Shown here: positions 47,201 to 59,340 of the stretch, one piece after another | Position numbering within the stretch: position 1 is the stretch's first letter | How the letters are laid out: every line of letters begins with the position of its first letter | Source: Anthoceros angustus | Lineage: Eukaryota > Plantae > Anthocerotophyta | Direction: 5' to 3' | Assembly: GCA_010909165.1 (NCBI GenBank) | Contig: MU008166.1 | Location: forward strand, 558,001 to 622,000 | DNA length: 64,000 bases | Notes under the pieces: model-generated | Told to the model about the DNA's origin: nothing | The model's database searches: none | The model's input: only the letters and a program-made list of their open reading frames with translations | Translations under genes and position numbers: made by a program

Positions 47201-48660
47201 GCCTGAGCAGCTTGCGACGACTGGGCAACATGAGCAGAATCTGGAGGTATGACTGTTAAATCAAGTTGATACAAGTCATGTACTATATGTCCAGTAGCAA
47301 CAACCTGACCTCCCTCCCCTCTCGTCTTAAGCTCACAGCGGAAAGAAGAGAAGAGCAAATCATATGTGCGTAGGGACATAAGCTGGCTAATGGACAACAA
47401 GTGCTTAGCCATATGAGGGACGTAAAGAACATTGTCCAGGTGAAGGACTGAACCGTCCCGGAGATGGAAACGACAGGAGCCAGAACCTGCTATCTTCAAA
47501 CCTGTACGTGTAAGCTCATCTCCCAGAAGCACTTTGTCAGCAGTTTGAGAAGAACGAAAATGACTGAGCATTGACTTATCGTTACAGATGTGAGAAGTGG
47601 CCCTGAATCGATATACCAACTCTGTGGGGAAGGGTGAGCAGAAGATGCAAGGCAAACCGTCATGACAACAGGCGGTTTGGTGGAAGTCGACGAGGAAAGT
47701 CGATCCTTGGATGCCACATGAGCTTCAGCCTGTCTGGAGGACTTCTCAGCTTTGCGTGGCTCCCCTGATTTCTTTTTTCTACACTCCGTTCCCGGTACAT
47801 GCACCACACCGATTCTGAGCGGATCTCTTTCTGAGGTGGATTTAGAAGAGCTGCACACCGGAGGTAGGCTTCCTTCGATATTCTTTCCTTGAGAATAGAG
47901 AACTTTATCGCCTTGGTTCACCACTACTAATAGTAGAGTGGCTGCGGCTTTGTTCCTCTTGTAGCAGGGCGCCAATCACATCAGCCAGGTTGATGTTGGT
48001 TGGCTGGCCGGCTGCTCTAGCTGCATCGGCAGCGCGAACAGTTGCTCCATAGTTGGAGACAAAAGTCTGATAGCTAGGAGGCAAGCTGGTCAGAAGTTGG
48101 CTAACAGCATCAAGCTCCGGGAATTGTGAGCCGAGGTTGATGAGTTGAGCCCGCAGTTGACGAAAACGAATGACAAATGGGGACACCTTATCGCCTTCCT
48201 TAAGCCGCAAAGAGAAGAGTTCACCACGCACAGCACACATGGTAAGAATGTTCTTAGCTTCATATGTCTGTGTGAGCAGGATCCAGATGTCTTCAGCTTT
48301 GGTTAAGAAGGCAACATCCGCAAGGAGAGTCTCGTCCAGCCCGCTTATGATGACGGCACGAGCAACATAATTAAGGTTTGCCCACTTGTCCTTCTCTTCT
48401 TGTGTGGCAGACTGTGTGGGTTCCTTAAGCGTGCCGCTAACAACTCCCCAAACGTGTCTCGCTTGCAGGGCAGCTGTCATGCGCACCTTCCAACCTTCGA
48501 ACTTCATGCCATTAAAGCGATCTCGCTCCTTAAATTCAACTGAGTACGAAGGTTGTGGAATCACTGGCACAGGCGGGAGTGGCTGAGGAATCACTCCTCC
48601 ACTACCTGCTCCCCCACTTCCACCACCGCCCGCTCCTCCTCCCCCTCCTGCTGTCGCCAT
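44266..48660 (-). CDS. Copia gag-pol polyprotein of element B, split by several frameshifts (possibly assembly errors)
   Basis: Gag 47905..48660; protease WYIDSG..ATSHIC ~47600; GAG-pre-integrase LWHARLGH and integrase DNGTEF in 46453..47655; RT QMDVCTAFLYG, LYVDD in 44973..45881; RNase H SSTEAEY, HARTKHIEV, ADLLTK ending ~44266. Confidence 0.9.
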
Positions 48661-48988
48661 TCTGACTCGCTTGGAGAAGATACAGGTTGCGGGTGATCAA
48701 GCCGCACCAGGACCTTCTTCAGAAAGTGCGTCAAGATGGATAGCAGGAAAGCCGGAGAAAGAGCGCAAAGCGGCATGGAAGGAAGACGAGGGGGTCAGAC
48801 GGCAGCAAACATTAGGTGATGGCGGTTGGGGAAAGGACTAACTCCGCGTCCTTTGCATGCAGGAATAAAAACGCCACCAGACACATGCACCGGCACTCCT
48901 CCACCTCCGCGGAAAACCGGTCAGCAATACAATCGCAGACAACGCTGCGTGGAGCCGCTGGAGATGCGCAACCAACAGGCGCGCCGTC

Positions 48989-49537
48989 CTAGCGTGCCGG
49001 TGGTGGCGATTCGGATCTGATCCGCTCGCGCCCAGGAGCAGGCACGGAAGGCGAACAACTCCGACAGGAAATCGAGCCGACTTGTCGATGCAAATCGGTC
49101 ACTAAAACTGTGAGTTTCCGCACATCCTCAATTAAAGATGTTTGCGTGCAGAGGAAGAAGTCAATTGCTGCCGTAATCTGGTGATGCCGAGCAGTGGTCA
49201 CCTCGTCCTGTCGTGATGAGACGGTGAGAAAAACTTTTTTCGTTGTTTCGAGCCTGGTGTTGAGTACACGTGATGCCCCAACAATCTCTGGCAAAACAAT
49301 GGCTCGGTGACGGTAAGTCTCCTCCAATTCCTGCTCATGGGATAGGTGCCGTTCTTTGTAGGCGCGACGGGGTGTCCGACTGAATGGAAGGACGTATGGG
49401 AGGTCCTCAGATCCTGGTCCGTAATCCCTACGGAAATTAAGATCACCAGAAAACCTAGAAACTTGATGTCGTATCCTCTGATGATTGCAGGATGCTGGAA
49501 AAGAATGCTCAACGCGGAGGCGTCCACGTCGAGGCAT
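48989..49537 (-). CDS. Intact 182-aa extra ORF ('ORF0') in the 5' leader of copia B; function unknown, probably helical/coiled-coil
   Basis: ATG-initiated, stop-bounded ORF between the PBS and gag (ends 329 bp before the gag ATG). It is colinearly similar to the leader ORF of copia A. Confidence 0.65.
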   Translation of the reverse strand: MPRRGRLRVEHSFPASCNHQRIRHQVSRFSGDLNFRRDYGPGSEDLPYVLPFSRTPRRAYKERHLSHEQELEETYRHRAIVLPEIVGASRVLNTRLETTKKVFLTVSSRQDEVTTARHHQITAAIDFFLCTQTSLIEDVRKLTVLVTDLHRQVGSISCRSCSPSVPAPGRERIRSESPPPAR

Positions 49538-51968
49538 CTTCAGCCAGTTTCAGAGTAAAAGAATCTGCTGCACTAAGGCAGCCAGACTTGCACAGCGGAA
49601 ATCACTCATGTCTGTCTATTTGCCAAGGGCAGAAAACTAGCCTTTATCTAAACGTTCTCGTGCAGGTAGCAAAGTGAGAAATTGGACACACGACCCAAGA
49701 GCCACAGAACTGTGGCTATTGGATTTTGTGTCCAAGAATCCCGTGTTGCTACTCGCAGCTTGAACATCAAGCTAGGAACTGCTACAAAAGGATGATGACA
49801 TGAGATCATGTATCAGAAAAAAACAAAAAACTTGCTCTGATACCATGTTAAAGTTTTTGAGAGCAACGCATGCTCACTCAATTGCCAAAACAAAGAAAGA
49901 TGCTTTAATTAAGCACTGATATGTCTTATATACAAAAATGTCAAGAGTCATGACTATTCATAATCCTAAACTTTAGGCTGCTAACAACAGCTACGTTTAC
50001 TTATGTATATATAAATATATATATAACCCTGAACCCAGATTATATATCGTAACATAATGGTGTCATGTAGCCATTGTCAAGTTTTCTCAAAGAGGCATGG
50101 TGTCGTTTTTCGTAACATTGGAAAGATGCTCGCTCTCGTTGCCGTAGTTATGGAAGCCCCACGCCATCTCGACACGGCTGGAAGAGGCCAAGTTATTTTT
50201 CAATGATTTGCAACGCATTATACGACCTCTAGTACAATGCGATTTATAATACTTAAAGGTGTCTTAGAGATTTAAACATGTATTACAACCTACATCTTAA
50301 TTAGTGCAATGCAAATTATAACACGTATTACAACACAAATTGTAAAATTGGGGCCAACTCCAAGAAGATGGCTTTTGATTCAATGTTGACATGGATTTTA
50401 AAGATTACTTAGGGCCCTTTCCCATGGAACGTGATCCAGCTCACAAAGGACTCATGGGTCGGGTGACCAATTTTCTATGCACCGCATGGACATGAAAATG
50501 GAAGATATGTGCCAGTACACGATGCCGACACATGCCCTTCTATACCGACGCGAGTCTTAAATCATTGATTCCCACATTGAGACTTTTGCAAAAGGTGTCT
50601 TTACGGCGAGTTCAATTATGAACGGGGTCATACGAGTCACCCGGCCACAATAGAACTCACTAAAGAAAGGCGGGGAAGAAATCCGAACTGGACCGGATTT
50701 TGCCCCACATAAGGACAAAGATTGCAATCAGTGCATTGCTTATCAGTACCCTAAACCTCAGATCGGGTTAATGGGAAATGTCCTTTATGACCCCTACAGA
50801 CTTGCCACAGGGGCCTAGATTAGGTAGTTCACAAATAGGATGGTGTGTCCAAATAGCTTAGGCCAAATGGACTCCAGCGAGTGGCTAGATAATAGACTGC
50901 TTCTAGTTATCAATTTGTTATTTCTTTTTGGTTCCAAGGGAAATGCGGGAAGTGCGAGTGCGTGTGCTCAATTTCACCATTGAAATTCTAACGATTTTTT
51001 TTTTTCATCGAAGGACTTAGAATCAATTTGATCTACTTTATCATACATGTAGCATATAGCGTAGGGGCTGAAACGGCTGACGTTTCCTCCCAAGCCATAG
51101 TGCGGGCTCAAGTTTAAAGGTGTTTTCTTGTTTAGGCATAGCAGTGGTAGAATCGGGATATTTATGAAGAGGATGGATGTGTGGTTAGGGGATAGGGAGG
51201 CAGCTTACTGGTCTGGCTAGAGTATAAAGTTGGCTCGATTCTGTTGAGTTCCCAAGGCGGGGTCTCTTTTTTTATTGCTCCACTTTCATCAATCAAGGTA
51301 TGCTTGTGTGCCTTTTGCTTCCATCCAGGCTCCTACAACTTGTTGTTGATGTGCTCTTGTCTAACCCCTATCACTGTGATGTCATGTGCAACAGAGTGAA
51401 TCCAATAGCATGCTTCCCTTTGTGCCAACAGCTACTCACATCATCTATTATTGTCTGACTGACCAGTAACTCTCTGTTACTCTATGTGTGTACAGAATTG
51501 ATGTAGGCCCCGTACGCTATTCCTACCATGGCTAACATTTAGAATTTGTGCTATATGTGAAGTGGGCATGCCCATTCCCTGCATGCTTGTGTGCATGTCA
51601 TCAAAATAAGTGAATGACATTCATCATATATCTATATAAAAAAAACTGTATAAAAAGTATTACCAAATGTGAACCTTTGCGTAAGCCCACTTAGGTCCTA
51701 GGTCTCACATAGTTTCTATGAAGGCCTTGGTAAGTATATACCTACCTAATCTATATTACGGCGACTTCTAACTTGGTCACCTAATCGATATCGTGCCGAG
51801 CTTAGAAAGGCCACGAATAGACCTAAAAGAGCACCGAGACCTAAAAGAGCACAGCAAGGCTGTATAGCTTAAATATGTGCAGGACGCGGACAGAGGAGAC
51901 CGAACAGCGCCCTTTCTTGCCAGGAGCGAGCAACCAGATAACAGGCGGCGGCTGCTTGTCCTCTCATC

Positions 51969-52406
51969 ATGCCGAAGAATAAGGGAAAGGGAGGGAAGAA
52001 TCGCAAGAGGGGAAAGAACGAGGCCGACGATGACAAGAGAGAACTGGTGTTCAAGGAGGACGGGCAAGAGTATGCGCAGGTGCTGAGGATGCTAGGAAAT
52101 GGCCGCTGCGAGGCCTTGTGTATTGATGGCACCAAGAGGCTGTGTCATATTCGAGGGAAGATGCATAAGAAGGTGTGGATTGCTTCAGGTGACATAATTC
52201 TGGTAGGTCTTCGAGACTACCAGGATGACAAAGCGGACGTCATCCTCAAGTACCAACCCGATGAAGCTCGTCTCCTCAAGGCTTATAGTGAGCTTCCCGA
52301 TAACCTGCGTCTCAACGAGGGTATTGCTGGCGGCATGGATGAAGAAGAAGATGGCGGTGGGGATGATTATATCGAATTTGAGGATGAGGATATTGACCGG
52401 ATTTAG
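51969..52406 (+). CDS. eIF1A: Eukaryotic translation initiation factor 1A
   Basis: [18 protein letters not shown]...[25 protein letters not shown]...[14 protein letters not shown]...[14 protein letters not shown]...acidic tail DEDIDRI. Intact, no intron in the CDS. Confidence 0.98.
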   Translation: MPKNKGKGGKNRKRGKNEADDDKRELVFKEDGQEYAQVLRMLGNGRCEALCIDGTKRLCHIRGKMHKKVWIASGDIILVGLRDYQDDKADVILKYQPDEARLLKAYSELPDNLRLNEGIAGGMDEEEDGGGDDYIEFEDEDIDRI

Positions 52407-53142
52407 GTCTGCATGCTGTTGGCTTGTGCACCTTGTGTGGCCTCTAAGCTTCTCTCTGTGTTAAGATAGCATGTATTGTGCCTTGGCCCTGAGGTTGCCA
52501 AGATGCAGTGGTCACGAGGCTGGTGCCGGCAATACTGTTACGTTACATGGTAGTAAAGTTTCCCAATTTCGGTTATGGAATGCCTAAGGCAAGGCCCTGT
52601 TCTTCGTATCAGGGGCTGGACTGCAAGAAGTTGCTGAGGGACCGCACATGACCTCCTCCAAATTCTCGCTGCCGAAAATGGCTCTGTGGACAATGTGTTC
52701 ATGGCCCTATCTAGGACATGGCTTTCACTAGGGCGTATCTGCAACTTTCTACTCAGTTCTCCATGTATTTGGGATGCAGTTTTCCTGCGTGCTGTGGAAA
52801 AGAGTGTTTCTTATTTGACAGGTGCCTTGCTTGAGTCCCGTCCGATTCCTTTGCCTACGGATAATGACATGGCCTTCGTATCGCCCGAGCCAGCATTAAT
52901 TTTCCGGGTAACGATGTGTACATCTGCGTCCGTTCCACCGTGTCCCTCTAATAGCGAACGTCAAGGCACTCTTTCTCGACATAATCTGGTCAGCCCCTTC
53001 GATACGATTCTCTTTTCACGAGTATTTGATACGCGTACCTATTCGACCTCTCTTTATAGGTAATATAGAATCCTTTTCCCTAGGGTGGTGTAGTCTCGCA
53101 GAGGCCCTGTGCGCCTCAACTGCCAAGAGCTGTGCCTGCAAG

Positions 53143-55260
53143 ATGGCGATAGTGTGGCAATCGAATCCGTTGTGCACCCAGCAAATTGGTGGGTGTACTC
53201 GGAATCTGCAACGAGCTCCTTCTCACCTTACCTTAGGTTCGAGTCAACCGCTGCGAAAGAATCATCAATCCTCCAGATGCAGCAGTGTATTGAACCCAGC
53301 ATTTCCCCTTCCAGAGGAAAGGGTGGCTGGGGAAGGATTTCCCAGCAATGATCGTCGCCAGGAGCAGGAGCTATTGTGGCAACAAAGTTTTTTGGACCCT
53401 ACCATGTGGTGGGACAACAGGCGAGGTAGGAAGAGCTCCTGTTCCCCCGACTTCGAATATGCTAATGGGTCATAGTGCCTCTCCTTCTAATTCGAGCTCT
53501 CCGGATAAGCCTGAGCCTGGCAGGCGTGCAGGATCGTAATGGTCGTCGTAACAGCTGTGACCGTGATCACTTTATGTCAGCAGGGGAAGCTCTGTGCGGC
53601 CGTTGGAGCCCTGGAATCTCTGGCGCAGACAGACTCTGCCTTTTCTAAATCTGTTCAAAACTGTGTGCAGCTAAGAAGGATCTGGTTGCGTGCGACGAGT
53701 TCATGAACTCACTGTCAAATGTGGGTCCGAGTCGGATGCATACCTGGGCAATCATATCTTGCGCCTGTGCGCAGGTGGAGGTCGGCTAGAGGAGGCCATG
53801 GATGTGTTCACCAGGGTGGGCAAACCAGATGCCTAAGTATGGGGTTCCATAGTCTCTGCACATGCTAAGCATGAGCAACCTAAAAAGGCCATAAAACTTT
53901 ACCATGATATGCGAGGTCTGGTGTGAAGGGGGATGCGCACCTCTTTGTAGCTGCCCTTCAAGCTTGTGCATTGTCCGCCGACTTGGAATCTGGCAGAATG
54001 GTGCAGTCGGATGTGTTGCCCAGTGGCAGTCCTCCTAACTTGCTTATCTGAAACTGCCTGGTGGACATGTATGCGAAGTGTGGCGAACTGGAAGATGCAC
54101 GCAAGGCCTTTGATAGCTTGGCCACAAAGGATGTGGTGACATGGACGGCCCTGATTGCTGGATAGACACGGTAAGGGCATGGCCAGGATGCGCTTGTTCT
54201 GTATGGACAATGGAGCTAAAGGGCATGTTTGTGTTTAACAAAGTTACTTTTGCTTGCCTTCTGAAGGCATGTGCAAGCACTGGTGCCATACAGAAGGGCA
54301 GGCAGCTGCATTCTCAGATTGTCGAAAGAGGACAGCTGAATAGCATTGTGGTGGGCAACTGCCTGGTAGACATGTATGCAAAATGTGTTGAACTGGGAGG
54401 TGCACGTCAGATGTTTGAAAGCTTGGCCTCAAAAGATGTTGTGACATGGACGGCTCTGATTGCTGGGTATGCCCAGCAAGGGCTCGGGCATGAGGCTCTG
54501 ATTGTGTAGGGACAAATGGAGCAGGAGGGCCTAGTTTTGGCTGACCTTGTTACTTGTGCTTGCCTTCTGAAGGCTTGTGCAAGCGCTGGTGCCTTGCAGA
54601 TGGGCAGGCATCTGCACTCACAGATTATCGGAAGAGGCCAGCTGGATAACATACTGGTAGGCAACTGGATGGTCACAGAGCACTAGCTTCTTTTGAGGAG
54701 ATGTTAGTCGCCGGTATTTAGCCTGATGATGTGACCTATACTCGCCTTTTAGTAGCATGCAGTCATGAGGGACTGGTGAATGACAGTCGCAAGCACGTCA
54801 ATGCTTTTGCTGAACAATATGGCATCAAAACCTACCCTTGAGCACTACGTTATGCTTGGACGTGCAGGCCATTTAGATGAGGCAGAGAACATGCTATTGT
54901 CATGTGAGAGCCAAACTAATGATGTTGGTTTGACGTCTTTGCTGGCTGCCTGCAAAAGTCATGGGGATATAGTGAGGGCGACGCGTTGTTTTGCAAGCCT
55001 TGTTAGACTGAAGCCCCAGCGGTCGTCCGAATATGTGCTCATGGCCAATACCTATGCCGATGCGGGTATGTGGACCGATGTAGAAAGGATTGAAAAACAG
55101 AGACTGGGAGCAGGGGCATGTAAGAAACCTGCAGTGGCGGGCATGGAGGTGGAGAAGCAAGTACATACATTTCAGGTGGGAGAAATCAGAAATAATGACC
55201 TTGCGGTCAAGGTGGAGAGCACGAATGCACATTTGAAGCAGGAAGGGGGGGCTCGTACCC
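53143..55260 (+). pseudogene. PLS-class PPR pseudogene of the KP type, with an N-terminal OSB-type PDF motif and a truncated DYW
   Basis: Transit-peptide-like start MAIVWQSN, then LWQQSFLDPTMWWDNRRGRKSSCSPDF, then PLS repeats ([33 protein letters not shown]) with multiple stops and frameshifts, E domain and KKPAVAGMEVEKQVHTFQVGE (KP at 55125). No HAE/CxxC follows. Confidence 0.88.
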
Positions 55261-56078
55261 CCGACAAAGTTGGTGTTGATCCAGCCGCAGCAGGCGAGGG
55301 TGCGTACGGCCCAAGCAGACGCAGCAGGACAGGGCAAGCAGGAACTGAGCGTGCACCGCGTGCTTTCTTCCTAGTGGTCAATTTGTACAGACCTTATAGA
55401 TAAAAGATGTTACATTTGAAGTTTATCTTTAGTACATTTGAAGCTCTGTCACAGCTGACGAACCACTCAGGCCCCAACGAGGTCGGGGAGGCAAAAACAG
55501 AAATCACGAAGGGCCCCAAAGGAGAACAAAGAACCAGGTCGGACACCCCAGCCCCGAAGGGTGGCTTCACACCGGAGCGGACCCGCCCTACTATTGGTGT
55601 GCAGGGCCGTGCGACTGCGCAAAGCTCTACGCTGAAAGATCAAGGCCGTGACGTGGATGCCACGTTCCGGTCTCAAAATGTGTCAGTTTGGACGGTCCAT
55701 GGTGGTCGGTCCAAACCCCGTCGCCTAAGGCTAATGCTAACTTCATGAGCCGTGCCATTCGTATCGCCCGTGTGGCCACGCACCCCTATTAGGGGTGGGT
55801 TATAGATACTTGAAACGTTCGTTTTCGCGCGCATTAGGAACGAGAATAGGGGATGGGTGAACAGGTTGAGACTGCAGACGGGTGACCAGGTGTGGATGGA
55901 CGGCGTTGAGAGGAGCGCAGACGGGAGCAGTTGAGAGGAGCAACAACGGACGCCCGTTGCCGGAGATGGAGACGCCGGAAAGAAAGAGAGGCATCTTACT
56001 CATGCCTCGGCTTTCGGAGGAAGCTTGATGTATGATCGAGCAAGCGGCGTGATCTCTCCAATATCGTGATATCGCAAA

Positions 56079-58453
56079 ATGGAACATTGCCTCACACTCA
56101 AGTCACGGAACAGGGCCGGCATCTTCACCAAGGAGCATTTGTCATGGGCTATGGGCAATCAAGGGAAGATGAATATGCACATGAATGTGAAACGCGCTTA
56201 CATTCCTGCTGACCGTGTAGGTGATTTTATTGCAGGTGAGAAAGCAAATGTTTGCTTTCCCACCTGCTTCATCAAGCTGCGTCATTGGGTGAAGACTGCC
56301 GAACCAAAGCGGCATGTCAAAGACACACAAGGAGCGGTGACAATCTACCATTGTCGATGGGCGATGGCCGTCGTGGGGAGGCTGCTATGACGGCTTCTTT
56401 CCTTGCTCCAAATGTGAGGCCCAAGACAGGGGCGGGCAATAGACGTCCAACGATGAGTAAGAAATGTGGACGCCTCTTCCAATTTATTGTGACCCAGTTA
56501 CTTCAGTGGCCTGACATAGTGGAAGTGAGGTTGCAGCATTGTTTCACACGGATGCCACAGGTGAATTCTGTCATGGAGAACTCATGCTAGGTCCCTATCC
56601 CATCACCGCTAGCCCATCACAAGAAAAGAGGAGGTGGGTGCAGCACAAGTTGTTGTGTCAAGTACCTAAACAACAGATATTGCTTGACCACGAAGAAGGA
56701 GTGCATGAGAAACGACGGAGGGATGCAAGTTACAAGTTTACCAGCGATGATTTTTTGACACCAAAGGATGTCCAGAATATGGAAGCCTATGTCTCAGCTC
56801 GGACATATCAGCTACACACCAATGACGCAGAGAGTGTCCGTATTTGGATGGACGTCAATAGGCACTTAGTTTTCTATCCTGAGAATCCTGCTGTTTCAAG
56901 CATGGCTCCAACCAGTTTTGTGCTCGGTGTGCAGACACCGTTCATGTTGGAGATGATGGTTACATGGGGGCATAACTCTATCATAGCTATGGATGCCACC
57001 TTCGGATTGAATAAGTGGCATTTCGGTGGTCGGTTGTTGGTGTTCGATAACTTCATGAGCAGGATTCGATGGCTTGGGTGTTGTGCAAGGAGGTTGATGG
57101 AGCGGAATGTCAAATGGTTACAAGTGTTGCGACGGCAGCCAGCGGATAACTTGGAAATAGCGTTTTTAGTAGATGATTGCCAAGCAGAGATCTATGCCAT
57201 CAAGTACGTTTTTGGGGATGGCATGTTGGCATTCTTATGCCTTTGGCACGTAAGGCATGCATGGTTACAAAACTTATTGCAAAAAGTGAAGAATGGGCAG
57301 GCAGGGGTGGACATCATGCAAAAGTTGGGTGACATTATGTACCTTAGAGGGTCACATTTCAGAGGAAGCAGCAAAGCTCAAATTGGTAGATCTGTATGTC
57401 CAATATGAGCCACTCTTTCCAACTTTCATCAAGTACTTCAAGCACCAGTGGGGCAACATCATACACATGTGGCTCAAAGCTGTACGGACAGTGCCCCATG
57501 CAGGGCAGGACTGTAATAGCTCGATTGAAGCATACCATCTTCATTTGAAGGTGAGAGCTTCGTTCACCAAGCAGTTGTTACGAGGTAGGCGTGTTGATTG
57601 GCTTTTGCATATTTTAGTAGATGAGGTGGATGTGCACTTTTGGTATCAACAACAGTGTAAGGAGCATGGCTTCGTTCGAAATAGCAAGCTTGAAGCTTAC
57701 ACCATATGTTAACATATGGTAGAGCATGCAGTGGCTGAGGCTGCCAAAATAGTGGATACGTCTGTGATTCTCCCAACTGCAAAGGACATAAATGCTTATG
57801 TCCTTGCAGGCAAGAACAATAAGGGTATGGCATATGTGGTCTCCAATGTTGACGAAAGTTGGGCAACATCCTCATGCCCTTGCCTGAGGCACACTTGTAA
57901 GCACCAAGTTAAGGTCTTGATGCTACTCCACAAGCTCGTGCCACACTTTCTTTGGTGCGAGCTTATGCACCATAAGCCTCATGGCGGTTCTCACAAGACA
58001 ACTGACAGCGACTTCTACAACCGGTAGGATCACGAAGAGCAAGTTGAGGTAGTTAATTTCGTGCCAGGTAAAACCATTCAGGACACTGCTGAGGATATGA
58101 ACTTGAATGTCGGTCGGGAGTGAGCTTTGGCTCAGTTTGGATGTAGTCTGGAGAACTTACAAAACCTAGTTGAGCGGCATCCTCACCTCGTGGACCATGC
58201 TCAAGGACTTGTAGTAGGTTTTATGCGGACATTAGAGGGCATAGAGGCTACAGCTATGGAGGAGGGCTTGGCCATCATCCTATATATGGTCAAAGATGTG
58301 GGAGGGTATACTTCAACAAAGAGGAAGCGAGCATTTTGGGAATCTGCAGGGAAGAAAACCCAACACAAGAAGACGTCCCAAGCCCTTCAGGATGTCGGTA
58401 ATGTATGGTCTAGGCCCTCCATCAAAGGAGAAGCCTTTTGTAACGCAAGCTAG
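56079..58453 (+). pseudogene. Mutator-like (MULE) transposase with SWIM zinc finger, frameshifted
   Basis: IIAMDATFGLNK (first Asp), FLVDDCQAE..AIKYVF..LCLWHVRHAW (second Asp and CxxH), NSSIEAYH (Glu), SCPC...TCKHQ (SWIM). TIRs were not identified. Confidence 0.82.
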
Positions 58454-58533
58454 AGGTAGAGAAGCGACATCATAGCACTTGTTGTGAATCAAGTGTTTTC
58501 ATAATTGAAAGCCGTGTGTGCATAATCTATTAC

Positions 58534-58762
58534 TGTCACGACCCATGCCCTAACCATGACCTAAGCGCCGATCTCGGGAAAGCATAGTAACTTGAATCAC
58601 GGGCCGTAGGATACGCGCCAAGTAGACGGCGCAATCAGGGCCCGTGATTGCACCCTTTCTCTTGTATAAAGCCCGCGGCTCAACTTAAGCAAAGGATCTT
58701 TTTGTTGCGTGGAACCACTCCTCGGGTGTAGGTTCGCTCGGCCTAGCCCCATGACCATCACA
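58534..58762 (+). repeat. 5' LTR of a Ty3/gypsy element (229 bp), PBS TGGTATCAGAGC at 58765..58776
   Basis: TGTCACGACCC...CATCACA followed by the iMet-tRNA PBS. Confidence 0.8.
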
Positions 58763-59340
58763 ACTGGTATCAGAGCCCAGGTTGAGCGCCACAACCGGTC
58801 ATGGCGCTAGATCCGAACCGTCATCTGGGATTACTGTGCTCCCAATGATCCGAATTGTGGAACGCGATTAGGCGGCTCGTGAGGTTTCCACCATGAAGCG
58901 ATGACTTTGCGAGCGGTGCTCACGGAGTGCACTTCGTAAGGCACCCAAGGACTGGGCACCATACATGGCTGTTGTTGGTAGGGCTAAGCGTGGAACGCAC
59001 ACGGTTGGAGGACACATCACCGTCGTGCAGTGAGGAGGCGGGGGCTGGATCTACTTGACAGCCGAAGTGGAGGTGCGGCTCGGCCTGGCGGCACAAGGCT
59101 TCGACAAATACCTCGATTACTGCAGTGGTAGGGTTCGGATGGTGGCGATCACGGCGGAAGGCAGCACCGCCCACGGCCGGCTAGCCGCGATAGGTCAAGG
59201 CGACCGGCACTAACCCCTCGAGCTACGGACGGGGCAGGGGCTCACACAACCTAAGGCGTAGGGTCCCCTCAGCAGGCGTGCGCAATGGGTGAGGGTACCG
59301 ATCTTTGCCCGCGTTGACTCTGAATGAGGCACACCAATAG

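Larger units (their letters stand above)
43608..50054 (-). mobile_element. Full-length, very recent Ty1/copia LTR retrotransposon B
   Basis: 209-bp LTRs at 43608..43816 and 49846..50054 read as identical, TG...CA ends, 5-bp TSD TAATG (43603-43607 and 50055-50059), PBS TGGTATCAGAGC (49834..49845), PPT AAGGGGGCG next to 43817, complete gag-PR-INT-RT-RH order. Confidence 0.97.

Noticed and set aside
50100-51700. Possible gene or TE remnants between copia B and eIF1A
   Set aside because: No ORF of 60 aa or more in the track and no motif recognised.
55261-56078. MULE left TIR or an LTR in this interval
   Set aside because: I could not match any inverted or direct partner within the window.
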